Shown in pieces: positions 13,308-27,065 of a stretch of 64,000 nucleotides of DNA (its first letter is position 1; the number at the start of each line of letters is the position of its first letter). Source of the stretch: Eledone cirrhosa. Taxonomy: Eukaryota. A program made the translations under genes and the position numbers. The DNA lies in contig OZ024742.1 in assembly GCA_964016885.1 (NCBI GenBank), positions 88,784,001-88,848,000 on the forward strand. Direction: 5' to 3'. The notes below the pieces were generated by a model that was not told the DNA's origin, ran no database searches, and worked only from the letters and a program-made list of their open reading frames with translations.

Positions 13308-16300
13308 GTTCGTATACAGCGTGGTGATAATGCCACACAAGAGCCATAATGTCACACGGCGAATCCACAGATAGCTATGTAACCATACATTCGCCAATCC
13401 GCGATAAGAGTGTTTAAATATCGAACATAAACAGTTCGAATAACGGTGAAATGGAGACTCTCACCCAACAGGTGCCCCCTGGCTCAGCAGCAGGAACCTG
13501 ACTGTCAACCAAATACTGCTGATGTTGGAGGAAGAAGAAGAAGGAAAGGGACCAGAACCAACTGGACTAAAGAATTGAATAGAACTGTTATGCAATGTTA
13601 CCTGAAAAGTAACCCCAAGGAGAGGGGCTACAGGAGACGGATGCATAACATCTGGAACGAGATTGGTCTATTTAAATTAGATGAACAAAAATTGGCCGGG
13701 CAGGCTCGGGTAATAAGAACTAATGGGTGGATAAGCGAGCTGGAACTAGAGGAACTGAGCAGAGAGAATGGCTTGGAGATGGCGGGTGTAGTATGCCAGA
13801 TAAGCGAGCCAGTGGGAAATGAAGGTGAAGAGGTCCTGAGAACGGAGGAACCACCCGAAGCAGACAATGATCTGAATACTGAGATAAATAATACCTGGAA
13901 CAGAGATACGGCCACTGAGGAGATGAATGCTGACGGGCTAGGACAAGATTCGGTTGACATCCTTAATTTAGTGGTAGATGAATTGAACAATGATAGTGGG
14001 AGACCTATGAACCTAAGATTTGTAGACAGGAAAAAGTTAAAAGAAACAACAGCAAAGGTAAACAAAGTCATCCCATAGCTTGAGGCGAGGAGCCTTCACC
14101 AGTGCAACAATATCCTCAAAGCAACAGCAAATACGGTGAGGAAACTACTTGGTATAAAAGCGAGAGGAAACAACAGACAAGAAAGAGCAGAGCCGTCCGT
14201 GGTGGAAGAAACGACTGAGTGGTCAAATCGGGGAAATGAGAAATGACATAGGAAAGCTTGAGTCACTACTGAATGGGACACTAAAAAACATAGGCACTAA
14301 AAATAGACCCGGAAATAAAGTACAAAACTAGGAGGAAAAAGCTAAATATTATCATAGAGGAACTGAAGCAACGCATTGTAGCAAAGAGTGCAAAAATCAG
14401 GCGATACGAGAACAGAGTCAGTCAGTATAAACAGAACCGCATGTTCGACAACAACCAGAAGATGCTGTTTGGACAGCTTGAGGGGAAAGAAAGAGGCAAC
14501 GACTTGATCCCTGGGGTAGAGCAAACTAAAACATTCTGGAGAGGAATATGGGAGCAGGATGTTAGACATAATGTCCAGGCAGGGTGGATTGAGACAGTAC
14601 AGAGGGAGATCGGTGAGCAGGCACACCAACAAACTGATTTGAGTATCACAGTTGAAACTCTTAAGGGGCAGGCCAAAAGAATAGCCAACTGGAAATCACC
14701 AGGCCCAGATGGTGTGCAGGGGTATTGGATTAAAAATTTAACATCCCTCCACCCGAAGCTGACGGCCATGTTCAATGACTGCTTGGTGTCGGGTGAGGTG
14801 CCAGAGTGGTTGACAAAAGGTACCACAGTTCTGATAATGAAAGACCGAATCAAGGGTAATGATGTTACCAACTATAGACCTATCACATGTCTGTCCGTAA
14901 TGTGGAAACTGTTGACGAGCATTGTGTCTGAGGAAATCTACCATCACCTCCACACAAACAACTTGTTACCGGACGAACAGAAAGGATGCCGAAAGAAGTC
15001 ACGTGGTACAAATGACCAGTTACTTATTGATAAGATGGTAATGGGGAATTTCAGGAGGAAACACACTGATCTTGCCATGGGATGGACAGACTACAGAAAG
15101 GCATTTGACATGGTGCCTCATTCTTGGATCACCAAAAGCCTGGAGATCTTCAGGATGGCAGATAACATCAGACAGTTCCTGGGCAGGAGTATGGGGTCCT
15201 GGGAGACAGAGTTGACATCAACTGGAGTATCGTTGGGAAGCGTGAAGATCAAGAGAGGTATCTTCCAGGGAGATAGCCTATTCCCTCTGTTGTTTGTCCT
15301 TGCCCTGATGCCCTTGACCATTATGCTGCGAAAAGTGAGAGCAGGATACAAGTTGGGAAAGGGAGAGCTTACCATCAATCACCTCCTCTTCATGGACGAT
15401 CTTAAGCTCTTCGGGAAAAGTGAGAAGGAGTTGGATGTGCTTGTTGACACTGTCCGTATTTTCAGCAGTGATATATGTATGCAGTTTGGTATTAGTAAAT
15501 GTAGAGTCATTGTGATGAGAAGGGGTAGGTTGAGCAGAAGTAACGGGATCCAGATACCAACAGGTGAGATGATAAAGGAAATTGACTCTGAGGAAGGATA
15601 CAAGTATTTGGGCGTTCTGGAGGCTGATGGCATAAAGAACAAAAAAATGAAGGAATTGTTAAGAACTGAATACATTCGGAGAGTAAGGAGCGTATTGAAG
15701 TCACATCTGAACAGCAGAAATGCCATAAGCGCAGTAAATTCCCGAGCTGTGTCTATTATTAGGTACAGTGCGAGAATTCTGAGATGGAATGTTGCTGAAC
15801 AAAAAGAAATGGATAGGAAGACTAGGAAGCTATTGACTATCTACAACATGTTCCACAAGAGGAGTGATGTCGATAGACTCTACCTAAGGAGATCTGAGGG
15901 TGGAAGAGGTCTTATCAGCATAGAGGACTGTGTTCAGATGGAGAAAAACAACCTATACAAATACGTGACCTATAGTAAGGAGCCAATGCTCAGAACTGTA
16001 CTGAAGGAGGGGACAGTAGGCCAGGGGATGTCCAAGGAGGAAATAACACCAAGGAGGAAGAGCAGCCTTAAGGGAAAATCCCTTCATAGTACCTTCTTTG
16101 AGAAAACTGAATTTAGAGATCCACAGACATGGAACTGGTTGAGAAGAGGAGACCTCAAAAAGGCTACAGAAGGAATGCTAATGGCTGCGCAGGAGCGGGC
16201 CCTCAAAACGAAGTGGTTGAAGCACCATAGTTGCAAGGAGGAGGCTAGCCCACTGTGCAGGATCTGTGGAGAGAGAGAGGAGAATGTGGCTCACATTGTG

Positions 16301-16935
16301 TCCGAGTGTAAACACCTAGCCCAGACCCACTATAAGGGCTGGAGACACGATGTGATGGGCAGGGTGATCCACTGGCACATGTGCAAAGTAAACAATTTAC
16401 CACATTCTGAGAAATGGTATGAGCATAGGCCAGAGGCGGGGATGGAGAACAATCAGGTGAAGGTGCTGTGGGATTTTAGGATACAGACGGACAAAAAACT
16501 GGAACACAATAGACCTGACTTGGTGGTTGTGGACAAAGAAAAAAGATCGTGTCTGATTGTGGATGTGGCCTTCCCTTTCGACACGAGAGTGCAAGAGAAG
16601 GAGAGGGAGAAAATTAACCGATACCAGGACCTAAAGTGGGAGGTGAAAAGGATTTGGAACTGCCATGAAGTCAAAGTGATCCCGATTGTCATAGGCGCAC
16701 TGGGGACTATCTCCAAAAGTTTCCAGGAATGGTTAAAGAAAATCGGCCCCTTCACGGTTTTTGGAGCGCTTCAAAAGGCATGCTTGCTTGGAACAGCAAG
16801 AACCCTCCGATACGTCCTGAATATCTGAGGCTGCAGGTAGTGGCTTGATATTCATTCCAACGGACTTTCCAGTTAACCAACATCAATGACTGAGATTCAA
16901 GGAATAACAACAATAATAATAATAATAATAATAAT
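13308..16935 (+). mobile_element. R4/Dong-clade non-LTR retrotransposon, family A copy A1 (near full length)
   Basis: Single interrupted ORF: N-terminal WTKELNRTVMQCY, RT ([38 protein letters not shown]), CCHC knuckle CRICGEREENVAHIVSEC, RHD, RPD...E.K restriction-like endonuclease; short 3'UTR and (TAA)n tail. Confidence 0.93.
14441..16828 (+). pseudogene. RT plus CCHC plus RLE portion (795 aa open) of the A1 ORF; the upstream part (13446-14440) is broken by a stop and frameshifts
   Basis: ORF track 14441..16828 and 13446..14078; stop at 14076-14078 where A2 has TAC. Confidence 0.88.
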
Positions 16936-19900
16936 GTTCGTCTACAGCGTGATAATGCCACACAAAAATCACCAGGAGTTACGAAATCACCGGAGGTGAT
17001 GAAATCACCGGTGGTTATGTAACCATACATTCGCCAATCCTCGATAAGAGCGTTTAAATGTCGAACCTAAACAGTTCGAATAACGGTGAAATGGAGACTA
17101 GAATGTCATGTGACAGACTCTCACCCAACAGGTGCTCCCTGCCTCAGCAGCAGGGACCTGGCTGTCAATCAAATACTGCTGGTATCGGAGGAAGAAGAAG
17201 AAGGAAAGGGACAAGAACCAACTGGACGAAAGAATTGAATAGAACTGTTATGCAATGTTACCTGAAGAGTAACCCCAAGGAAAAAGGCTATAGGAAACGG
17301 ATGCATAACATCTGGAACGAGATTGGTCTATTTAAATTAGATGAACAAAAACTGGCCGGGCAGGCTCGGGTAATACGAACTAATGGGTGGATAAGCGAGT
17401 TGGAACTGGAGGAACTGAGCAGAGAGATTAGCTTGGTGTATGCCAGGAAAACGAACCAGTGGGAAATGAAGGTGAAGATGTCGAGAGAACGGAGGAACCA
17501 CTCGAAGCAGACAATGATCTGAATGCTGAGATAAATAATACCTGGAAGAAAGATACGGCCACTGAGGAGATGAATGCTGACGGGCTAGGACAAGATTTAG
17601 TTGATATCCTAAACTTAGAGGTAGATGAATTGAACAATGATAGTGGGAAACCTATGAACCTCAGATTTGTAGACAGGAAAAAGTTAAAAGAAACAACAGC
17701 CAAGGTAAACAAAGTCATCCCATACCTTGAGGCGAGGAGCCTTCACCAGTGCAACAATATCCTCAAAGCAACAGCAAATACGGTGAGGAAACTACTTGGT
17801 ATAAAAGCGAGAGGAAACAACAGACAAGAAAGATCAGAGCCTTGGTGGAAGAAACGACTGAGTGGTCAAATCAGGGAAATGAGAAATAGCATTGGAAAGC
17901 TTGAGTCCCTACTGAATGGGACACTAAAAAACATAGACACTAAAAATAGACTGGAAATAAAGTACAAAACTAGGAGAAAAAAGCTAAATATTATCATAGA
18001 GGAACTGAAGCAACGCATTGTAGCAAAGAGTGCAAAAATCGACAACAACCAGAAGATGCTGTTTGGACAGCTTGAAGGGAAAAAAAGAGGCAACGACTTC
18101 ATCCCTGAGGCGGAACAAACTAAAACATTCTGGTGAGGAATATGAGAGCAGGATGTTACACACAATGACCAGGCAGTGTGGATTGAGACAGTACAGAAGG
18201 TGATTAGTGAACAGGCACACCAACAAACTGATTTGAGTATCACAGTTTAAACTCTTAAGGGGCAGGCCAAAATACTAACCAACTGGAAATCACCAGGCCC
18301 AGATGGTGTGCAGGGGTATTGGATTAAAAATATAACATCCCTCCACCCAAAATGTCAGGTGAGGTACAAGAGTGGTTGACAAAAGGTACCACAGTTCTGG
18401 TAATGAAAGACCGAATCAAGGGTAATGATGTTACCAACTATAGACCTATCACATGTCTGTCCGTAATGTGGAAACTGTTGACAAGCATTATGTCTGAGGA
18501 AATCTACCATCACCTCCACATAAACAACTTGTTACCGGACGGACAGAAAGGATGCCGAAAGAAGTCACGTGGTACAAAGGACCAGTTACTTATTGATAAG
18601 ATGGTAATGAGGAATTGCAAGAGGAGACACACTGGTCTTGCCATGGGATGGATAGACTACAAAAAGGCATTTGACATGGTGCCTCATTCTTGAATCACCA
18701 AAAGCTTGGAGATCTTCAAGGTGGCAGATAACATCAGACAGTTGTTGGGCAAAAGTATGAAGTCCTGGGAAACAGAGTTAACATCAACTGGAGAATCCTT
18801 GGGACGTGTGAAGATCAACTGAGGTATCTTCCAGGGAGATAGTCTGTCCCCTCTGTTGTTTCTCCTTGCCAGGATGCTCCTGACCATTATACTGCGAAAA
18901 GTGAGAGCAGGATACAGGTTGGGAAAGGGAGGGCTTACCATCAATCACCTCCTCTTCATGGACGATCTTAAGCTCTTCGGGAAGAGTAAGAAGGAGTTAG
19001 ATGTGCTTGTTGACACTGTCCGTATGTTCAGCAATGATATATGTATGCAATTTGGTACTAGTAAGTGTGGAGTCATTGTGATGAAGAGGGGTAAATTGAG
19101 TAGAAGTAACGGAATCCATGTACCAACAGGTGAGATGATAAAGGAAATTGACTCTGAAGAAGGATACAAGTATTTGGGTATTCTGGAGGCTGATGACATC
19201 AAGGACTAAAAATATGAAGGAATTGATAAGAACTGAATACGTTCGGAGAGTAAGGAGCGTATTAAAGTCACATCTGAACAGTAGGAATGCCATAATTGCA
19301 GTAAATTCCCGAGCTGTGTCTATTATTAGGTATAGTGCGGGAATTCTGAAATGGAATGTTTCTGAATAATAAGAAATGGATAGGAAGACTAGGAAGTTAT
19401 TGACTATCTACAACATGTTCCACAAGAAGACTGTGTTCAGATGAAGAAAACCAACCTACATAAATACGTGACTGACAGTAGGGAGCTAATGCTCAGAATT
19501 GTACTGAGGGACAGGACAATAGACCAAGGGATGCCCAAGGAGGAAATAACAACTAAGAGGATGAGCAACCTTCATGAAAAATCCCTTCATAGTACCTTCT
19601 TTGAGAAAACTGAATTTAGAGATCCACAGACATGGAACTGGTTGAAAAGAGGAGACCTTAAAAAGGCTACAGAAGGAATGTTAATGGCTCTCAAAACGAA
19701 GTGGTTGAAACACCATATTTACAAGGAGGAGGCAAGCCCACGGTGCAGGATCTGTGGAGGGTGAGAGGAGACTGTGGCTCACATTGTATCCGAGTGTAAA
19801 CACCTAGCCCAGACTCACTATAAGGTCTGGAGACATGATGTGATGGGCAGGGTGATCCACTGGCACCTATGCAAAGTAAACAATTTACCACATTCTGAGA

Positions 19901-20408
19901 AGTGGTATGAGCATAAGCCAGAGTCGGTGATAAAAAACGATCAGGTGAAGGTGCTGTGGGATTTTAGGATACAGACGGACAAGAAGCTGGAACACAATAG
20001 ACCTGACCTGGTGGTTTTGGACAAAGAAAAAATATCGTGCCTGATTGTGGATGTGGCCTGCCCATTCGACACGAGAGTGCAAGAGAAGGAGAGGGAGAAA
20101 ATTAACCGATACCAGGACTTAAGGTGGGTGGTAAAAAGGATTTGTAACTGACATGAAGTCAAAGTGATCCCGATTGTCATATGCGCACTAGGGACTATCT
20201 CAAAAAGTTTCCAGGGATGGTTAAAGAAAATTGGCCCCTTCACGCTTTTTGGAGCGCTTCAGAATGCATGCTTGCTGGGAACAGCAAGAACCCGCCGATA
20301 CGTCCTGAATATCTGAGGCTGCAGGTAGTGGCTTGATAATCATTTCAACAAACTTTCCAGTTAACTAACATCAATGACTGAGACTCAAAGAATAATAATA
20401 ATAATAAT
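16936..20408 (+). mobile_element. R4/Dong family A copy A2, degenerate, begins immediately after the TAA tail of A1
   Basis: Starts gttcgtctacagcgtgataatgccac directly after (TAA)n; collinear with A1 with many stops and deletions; ends in (TAA)n at 20391-20408. Confidence 0.93.
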
Positions 20409-23400
20409 GCTTTCTTTATTAACCACAAGGGTTTACATAAAGTAGACATTAAGGACAGTACAGGACAATACAGGACGGTACAAATGGGAATTTCTGCGTG
20501 TAAAAATACAAAACCAGAGGATGTAACAAAAAATAACAATGATAAATTCCCCAATAGGGGGAAGACGTCCGAGGGACATTTGCGGAGAGAGTCCATTAAA
20601 AGGCCACAGTGACCCTGACCACCAGGGCAAGTGTCCTCTCCCAGTTTTCCACCTTTAATTTACAGACATACTCAGAGTAGGCCCATTCACTCAGGCCATA
20701 CTTGCTTCTCTCACCCATCTTTCAAAAAAATGCTGGGAAGAGAGCACTTCCCTCTTTGCCCTGATTTTCCTTTTTAAATGAAATTTGAAAAAGATATTGA
20801 GGGCATCACCGAAGAGGTAAGTGCTCGTCTTCAGCCCTTTCAAACGTGTCCACCATACTATCTATTTCTCCATGGCCACCAGACAGATAAAACTGCCTGC
20901 CCTTCCCGGCTAAAAGAAGAGGGCGGGGCAATACTCACGATGGTCTCAGCTGATAGCTGGATCCGTCCTACACGTGACAGCAGGTGTTCGACATAAACCA
21001 CAAGTCAGCAATGCTCGGACAATGGACGAGTGCATGCAGGACGGTTTCGTCGCCCTGCGCGCATCTCGGACATGCCTGGGTGCCGGCATCTCCATGCCTG
21101 TAGAGTTTATCCCTAATTGGCAAAGCTCCTCGGTAGCACTGCCAGGCCACGGATTTCCGGAAGTTGTCCATAGGCCCTGGCCCGAATGTTCTTCCGAAGT
21201 GATTGGCTAATTGATTTTCGTCGACGCCTAGAGTTTCTCCAAGTACGTCGTCGCTCTTCCCCGCTACTGATCCTCTATAGAACGCCAAGCTGGAGTTTCG
21301 ACCGATCACATTGCCCAATTGGTAGAGGGCTGTAAGCGCCTGAAGACATTCCAGTCTCCAAGCGCTCCCTCTCGATCTTCGCTTGGCCCAGGACTGCAGC
21401 TCCCTCAAGGAGACGAGCAGAGGAAAGAAGCCTCTAGCAAACGGCGACCACACCTGATCACCGTCGAGGAAGAGGTGGAGATTTCGTTGCCTGAGCGCGT
21501 GTCTGCGCATCATCAGCCACGTCATGCCCAGCCCTATCGCAGAGGGTGTTGACAGTAGATGGACCGCCTGACCATCGGAGCGCGTCCCTTCCACAAAAAG
21601 CGAAAGAGCAAACGCCTCAGCGCAGTCAGGCGGAGCTTTTACAATGTACAACGGTCATGCGGTAGTAGTTGACGGACGCGATATACGCGTTAGCCACCTC
21701 CGCTCGACCTTTCAGGGATAGCTTCATCTCCGCCCATTTCTGGGTGAGAGAAGCCACCCTGCTCGTCACCTCATCCTAGTTTTTGTCCATCTGGAGGACC
21801 GGACCGAACCAGACCACTAGCAATTTACCGGTCCGTCCGTCCAGCGCCTGACGACGCTGTTGGACGGCATGGACCTGCCTCTCCAGGTGCCGAGCTGCAG
21901 GCCCATTGGATTTTCCTGGTTGATCATTGCTCCTTCCATCGCTTCGTATTCTCTTAATGTATTACCAATCGCCTCGATGTGTTTGGCGTTCGACACCACT
22001 ACGGTGACATCGTCCGCATATGCTGACACGGATCTTCCGCATCCTAGTTCGCGCGGGATGCCTCTCAACGTCTCCAGTTGGTGCGGTAATGGCTTGAGAA
22101 TAAATACGTACAAGAGGGACGAGAGGGGACATCCTTGGCGGACCGAGCGCATTATGTTGCACGATTCCGAAAGGTGACCGTTCACTCTCACCACAGAGCG
22201 GAAGTCGCTCTGCATGGCAGCAATCCAGCCTCTGAAGACGGGCCCAAAGCCAGCCGCCCTCTGGACCGCCGCTACGTAACGACGGTCGACCCTATCGAAA
22301 TATTTCAACTGATCTAAATTGATCAAGGACCAACCCGTGCCAGTTTCCCTAGCATTTCTGCGCCTCTCCCACCCACCAGACCACCAAGCGCCAACCTCTA
22401 TGCTAGCACCTTGGTCAAAATCTTGAACTCTGTGTTTAGCATAGTTATGGGCCTAAAATTATCTATGTTATCCCCCTTGTTCGGATCCTTTCTCAGCAGT
22501 GCCACAGCTCCTCGGCTCACAGAGCTGGGAATTCTCCCGTGCCAGTTGCAGTAGACGTTCGCCAAGAGGCCTCCAAAAACAATCTGGCAACTGTACGTGA
22601 ATTTCATAGGGGAGACCATCCAAGCCAGACGATTTACCCCTTGTGCAGCCAGTCATTGCCTCCTGTAATTCAGCAGCTGTTATCGGCTGTCGCAACACTC
22701 CGCCTCAGTCACCGAGAGCCGCGGCAGTCCTTCGAGGTAGACACTAAAGTCCATCCCTCGATCCGGCCCGTCGCTGCCCCCGAACAACTGTGCGAAGTGG
22801 TGCTGAAAAGCTTCACACATTTGCCCGGGATCGAGTATCATGCGCCCGTCGTGGTCCACCAAAGACTGGATCGTGGCTTTGTTGCCACGACGCACCTCCG
22901 CCTATCGGGCCCTTTGAACGGGTTTTGTCCCCACGTGTCTGAGAGCACGCACCCTAGCTCTGACAACGCAGCCTTCGTGCTTTGCATTGAAGAATTGGTC
23001 AAGGGCCAATTTCGCCGCAAGTACGTCGGTCGCGATGCCTTTGCTAAGCGTCTCGTCTAATTTTCTAACTAGTACTCCCTCTGCACTATTTTACTCTATT
23101 TCTAAAGCCTTATTAAACCTAATGGACTCTATTCTAATCACTCTTTTCAGAGCAAACCACCACTTGTTGTTGACGATGCCCCGTCAACGACCGCTTAACT
23201 AGTTCGCTAATCCGGTCTCTGTAGGCCTTGCGCGCTTATAAGGACGCGTTTAGCTTCCAGTAGCCGGGTCCTCGTCTATGAAGCCTATCTAAGTCAAGCA
23301 CACAGATCACGAATGTGTGGTCCATGTAGCTGACTATCTTGAATTGTGGACAGCCTATGCTAGACCTATCTATTTCCCGACAAAATCTAGATTTGATCTG

Positions 23401-23738
23401 GATGACCCTATGCGATTTGTCCAACTCCACATTGGCACATTCGGGAAATCCAATCGGTACCTTTCAGACAGTTCAAAACGCCTGAACAGGTTGGTGAGGC
23501 TCTTGCACCCTCCGCCCAGTATCCGGTAATCCCACACACTCCCAGCCTGCATCTAAGATCCCGTTCCAGTCGCCCACTAACACTAAAGAGCGGGAGTTAC
23601 AAGAAAGATCTCCAGACGCCGGAAGAAATCAGGCCGCCCTGCTCCTGTCGGGGCATAGACGGCCACTAGCCTGAAAGTTTGCCCGTCACGTCCAGCACCA
23701 CCAACTAACCAGGAAAATGGCCCGTATGGCGAGATCCA
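20409..23738 (-). mobile_element. 5'-truncated Tx1/L1-clade LINE (APE plus RT plus Cys-rich C-terminus), degenerate
   Basis: Minus-strand FRLVAVYAP, PGYWKLNASL, SGLDGLPYE, NFRPITMLNTEFKILTK, SVRQGCPLS, SAYADDVT, CPRCAQGDETVLHALVHC; 3' end AATAAA-gaaagca-(TTA)n; flanked by (TAA)n on both sides. Confidence 0.9.
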
Positions 23739-23854
23739 AATAATAATAATAATAATAATAATCATTTAAAAAAAAACTAAGTTAGACATTCAAACATTAT
23801 AATGAAACTTTAAAGTTTTGATCTATTTATTTGTTTATTTGTTTATTTATTTAT

Positions 23855-26800
23855 GTTCGTCTACAGCGTGATAGTGCCACGCTAAAATTAACAGGGTGAT
23901 GAAATCACTGGGGGTGATGAAATCATCGACCGTTATGTAATCATACATTAACCAATCCTCAATATGGGTATGAGTGTTTAAATATCGAACCTAAACAGTT
24001 CGAATAACGGTGAAGAGGACACTGGAAAGTTATGTGACAGACTCTTACCCAACAGGTGCTCCCTGGCTCAGCAGCAGGGACCTGGCTGTCAACCAAATAC
24101 TGCTGGTGTCGGAGGAAGAAGAAGAAGGAAAGGGACCAGAACCAACTGGACTAAAGAATTGAATAGATCTGTTATGCAATGTTACCTGAAGAGTAACCCC
24201 AAGGAAAAAGGCTATAGGAAACGGATGAATAACATCTGGAACATGATTGGTCTATTTAAATTAGATGAACAAGAATTGGCCGGGCAGGCTCGGGTAATAT
24301 GAACTAATGGATGCATAAGCGAGCTGGACCTGGAGGACCTGAGCAGAGAGATTAGGTTGGAAATGGAGAGTGGAGTATGCCAAGCAAACGAGCCAGTGGG
24401 AAATGAGGTTGAGAGAACGAAGGAAGCATCCGAAACAGACAATGATCTGAATGCTGAAATAAATAATACCTGCAACAAAGATACGGCTTTGAGGAAATGA
24501 ATGCTGACGGGCTAGGACAAGATTTGTTTGATATCCTAAAGTTAGTGGTAGATGAATTGAACAATAGTGGGAAACCTATGAACCTAAGATTTGATACAGG
24601 AAAAAGTTAAAAGAAACAACAGCTAAGGTAAACAAAGTCATCCCATACCTTGAGGCGAGGAGCCTTCACCAGTGCAACAATATCCTCAAAGCAACAGCAA
24701 ATACGGTGAGGAAACTACTTGGTATAAAAGCGAGAGGAAACAACAGAAAAGAAAGATCAGAGCCTTGGTGGAAGAAACGACTGAGTGGTCAAATCAGGGA
24801 AATGAGAAATGACATTGGAAAGATTAAGTCCCTACTGAATGGGACACTAAAAAACATAGACACTAAAAATAGACTGGAAATAAAGTACAAAACTAGGAGG
24901 AAAAAGCTAAATATTATCATAGAGGAACTGAAGCAACGCATTGTAGCAAAGAGTGCAAAAATCAGGCGATGCGAGAACAGAGTCAGTCAGTATAGACAGA
25001 ACCGCATGTTCGACAACAAACAGAAGATGCTGTTTGGACAGCTTGAAGGGAAAGAAAGAGTTAACGACTTGATCCCTGGGGCGGAACAGACAAAAACATT
25101 CTGGAGAGGAATATGGGAGCAGGATGTTAAACATAATGATCAGGCAGTGTGGATTGAGACAGTACAAAAGGAGATTAGTGAACAGGCACACCAACAAACT
25201 TATTTGAGTATCACAGTTGAAACTCTTAAAGGGCAGGCCAAAAAACTAACCAACTGGAAATCACCAGGCCCAGATGGTGTGCAGGGGTATTGGATTAAAA
25301 ATATAACATCCCTCCACCCAAAATGTCAGGTGAGGTACCAGAGTGGTTGACAAAAGGTACCACAGTTCTGGTAATGAAAGACCGAATCAAGGTTAATGAT
25401 GGTACCAACTATAGACCTATCACATGTCTATCCGTAATGTGGAAACTGTTAACAAGCATTGTTAACCCCACATAAACAACTTGTTACCGGACGAACAGGA
25501 AGGATGCCGAAAGAAGTCTCGTGGTACAAAGGACCAGTTACTTATTGATAAGATGTTAATGAGGTATTGCAAGAGGAGACACACTGGTCTTGCCATGGGA
25601 TGGATAGACTACAAAATAGCATTCTACACGGTAACTCATTCTTGGATAACCAAAAGCCTAGAGATCTTCAAGGTGGCAGATAACATCAGACAGTTGTTGA
25701 GCAAAAGTATGAAGTCCTGGAAAACAGAGTTAACATCGGGTGGAGAATCCTTGGGAGGCGCGAAGATCAAGAGAGGTGTCTTCTAGGGAGATAGTTTGTC
25801 CCCTCTGCTGTTTGTCCTTGTCCTTATACCCCTGATCATTATATGCGAAAAGTGAGAGCAGGATACAAGTTGGGAAAAGGAGAGCTTACCATCAATCACC
25901 TCCTCTTCATGGACGATATTAAGCTCTTCGGCAAGAGTGAGAAGGAGTTGGATGTGCTTGTTTACACTGTCCGTATATTTTCAGCAATGATATATGTATG
26001 CAAGTTGGTATTAGTAAGTGTGGATTCCTTGTGATGAAGGGGCGTAAATTGAGCAGAAGCAACGGAATCCAGGTGAGATGATAAAGGAAATTGACACTGA
26101 AGAATGATACAAATATTTAGGTGTTCTGGAGGGAGATGACATCAAGAACAAAAGAATGAAGGAATTGATAAGATCTGAGTACATTCGGAGAGTAAGGAGC
26201 GTATTAAAATCACATCTGAACAGTAGGAATGCCATAATTGCATTAAATTCCCGAGCTGTGTCTATAATTAGGTACAGTGCGTGAATTCTGAAATGGAATG
26301 TTGCTGAATAAAAAGAAATGGATAGGAAGACTAGGAAGCTATTGACTATCTACAACATGTTCCACAAGAGGAGTGATGTCGATAGACTCTACTTAAGGAG
26401 ATCTGAAGGTGGAAGAGGTCTTATCAGCATAGAAGACTGTGTTCAGATGGAGAAAATCCACCTACATAAATACGTGACTGACAGTAGGGAGCCAATGCTC
26501 AGAATTGTACTGAGGGTGAGGACAATAGACCAAGGGATGCCCAAGGAGGAAATAACAACAAAGAGGAAGAGCAACCTTCATGAAAAATCCCTTCATAGTA
26601 CCTTCTTTTAGAAAACTGAAATTAGTAATCCACAGACATGGAACTGGTTGAAAAGAGGAGACCTTAAAAAGACTACAGAATGAATGCTAATGTCTGGCCA
26701 AGAGCAGGCCCTCAAAACGAAGTGGCTGAAACACCATTTTTACAAGGAGGAGGCTAGCCCACTGTGCAGGATCTGTGGAGAGAGAGAGGAGACTGTGGCT

Positions 26801-27065
26801 CACATTGTATCCGAGTGTAAACACCTAGCCCAGACTCACTATAAAGGCTGGAGACATGATGCGATGGGCAGGGTGATCCACTGACACCTATGCAAAGTAA
26901 ACAATTTACCACATTTCTGAGAAGAGGTATGGGCATAAGCCAGCGTCGTTGATATAAAAGGATCAGGTGAAGGTGCTGTGGGATTATAGGATCAGACGAA
27001 CAAGAAACTGGAACACAATAGAATTGACCTGGTGGTTTTGAACAAGGAAAAAAGATCGTGCCTGA
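23855..27065 (+). mobile_element. R4/Dong family A copy A3, degenerate, broken in the RLE domain
   Basis: Same gttcgtctacagcgtg start; collinear with A1/A2 up to aaaagatcgtgcctga. Confidence 0.9.

Noticed and set aside
17020-17100. HDV-like ribozyme in the R4/Dong 5'UTR (tcctcg loop, tcgaac/gttcga hairpin)
   Set aside because: Could not find a P1 partner or a properly placed catalytic C by eye; needs a descriptor search.
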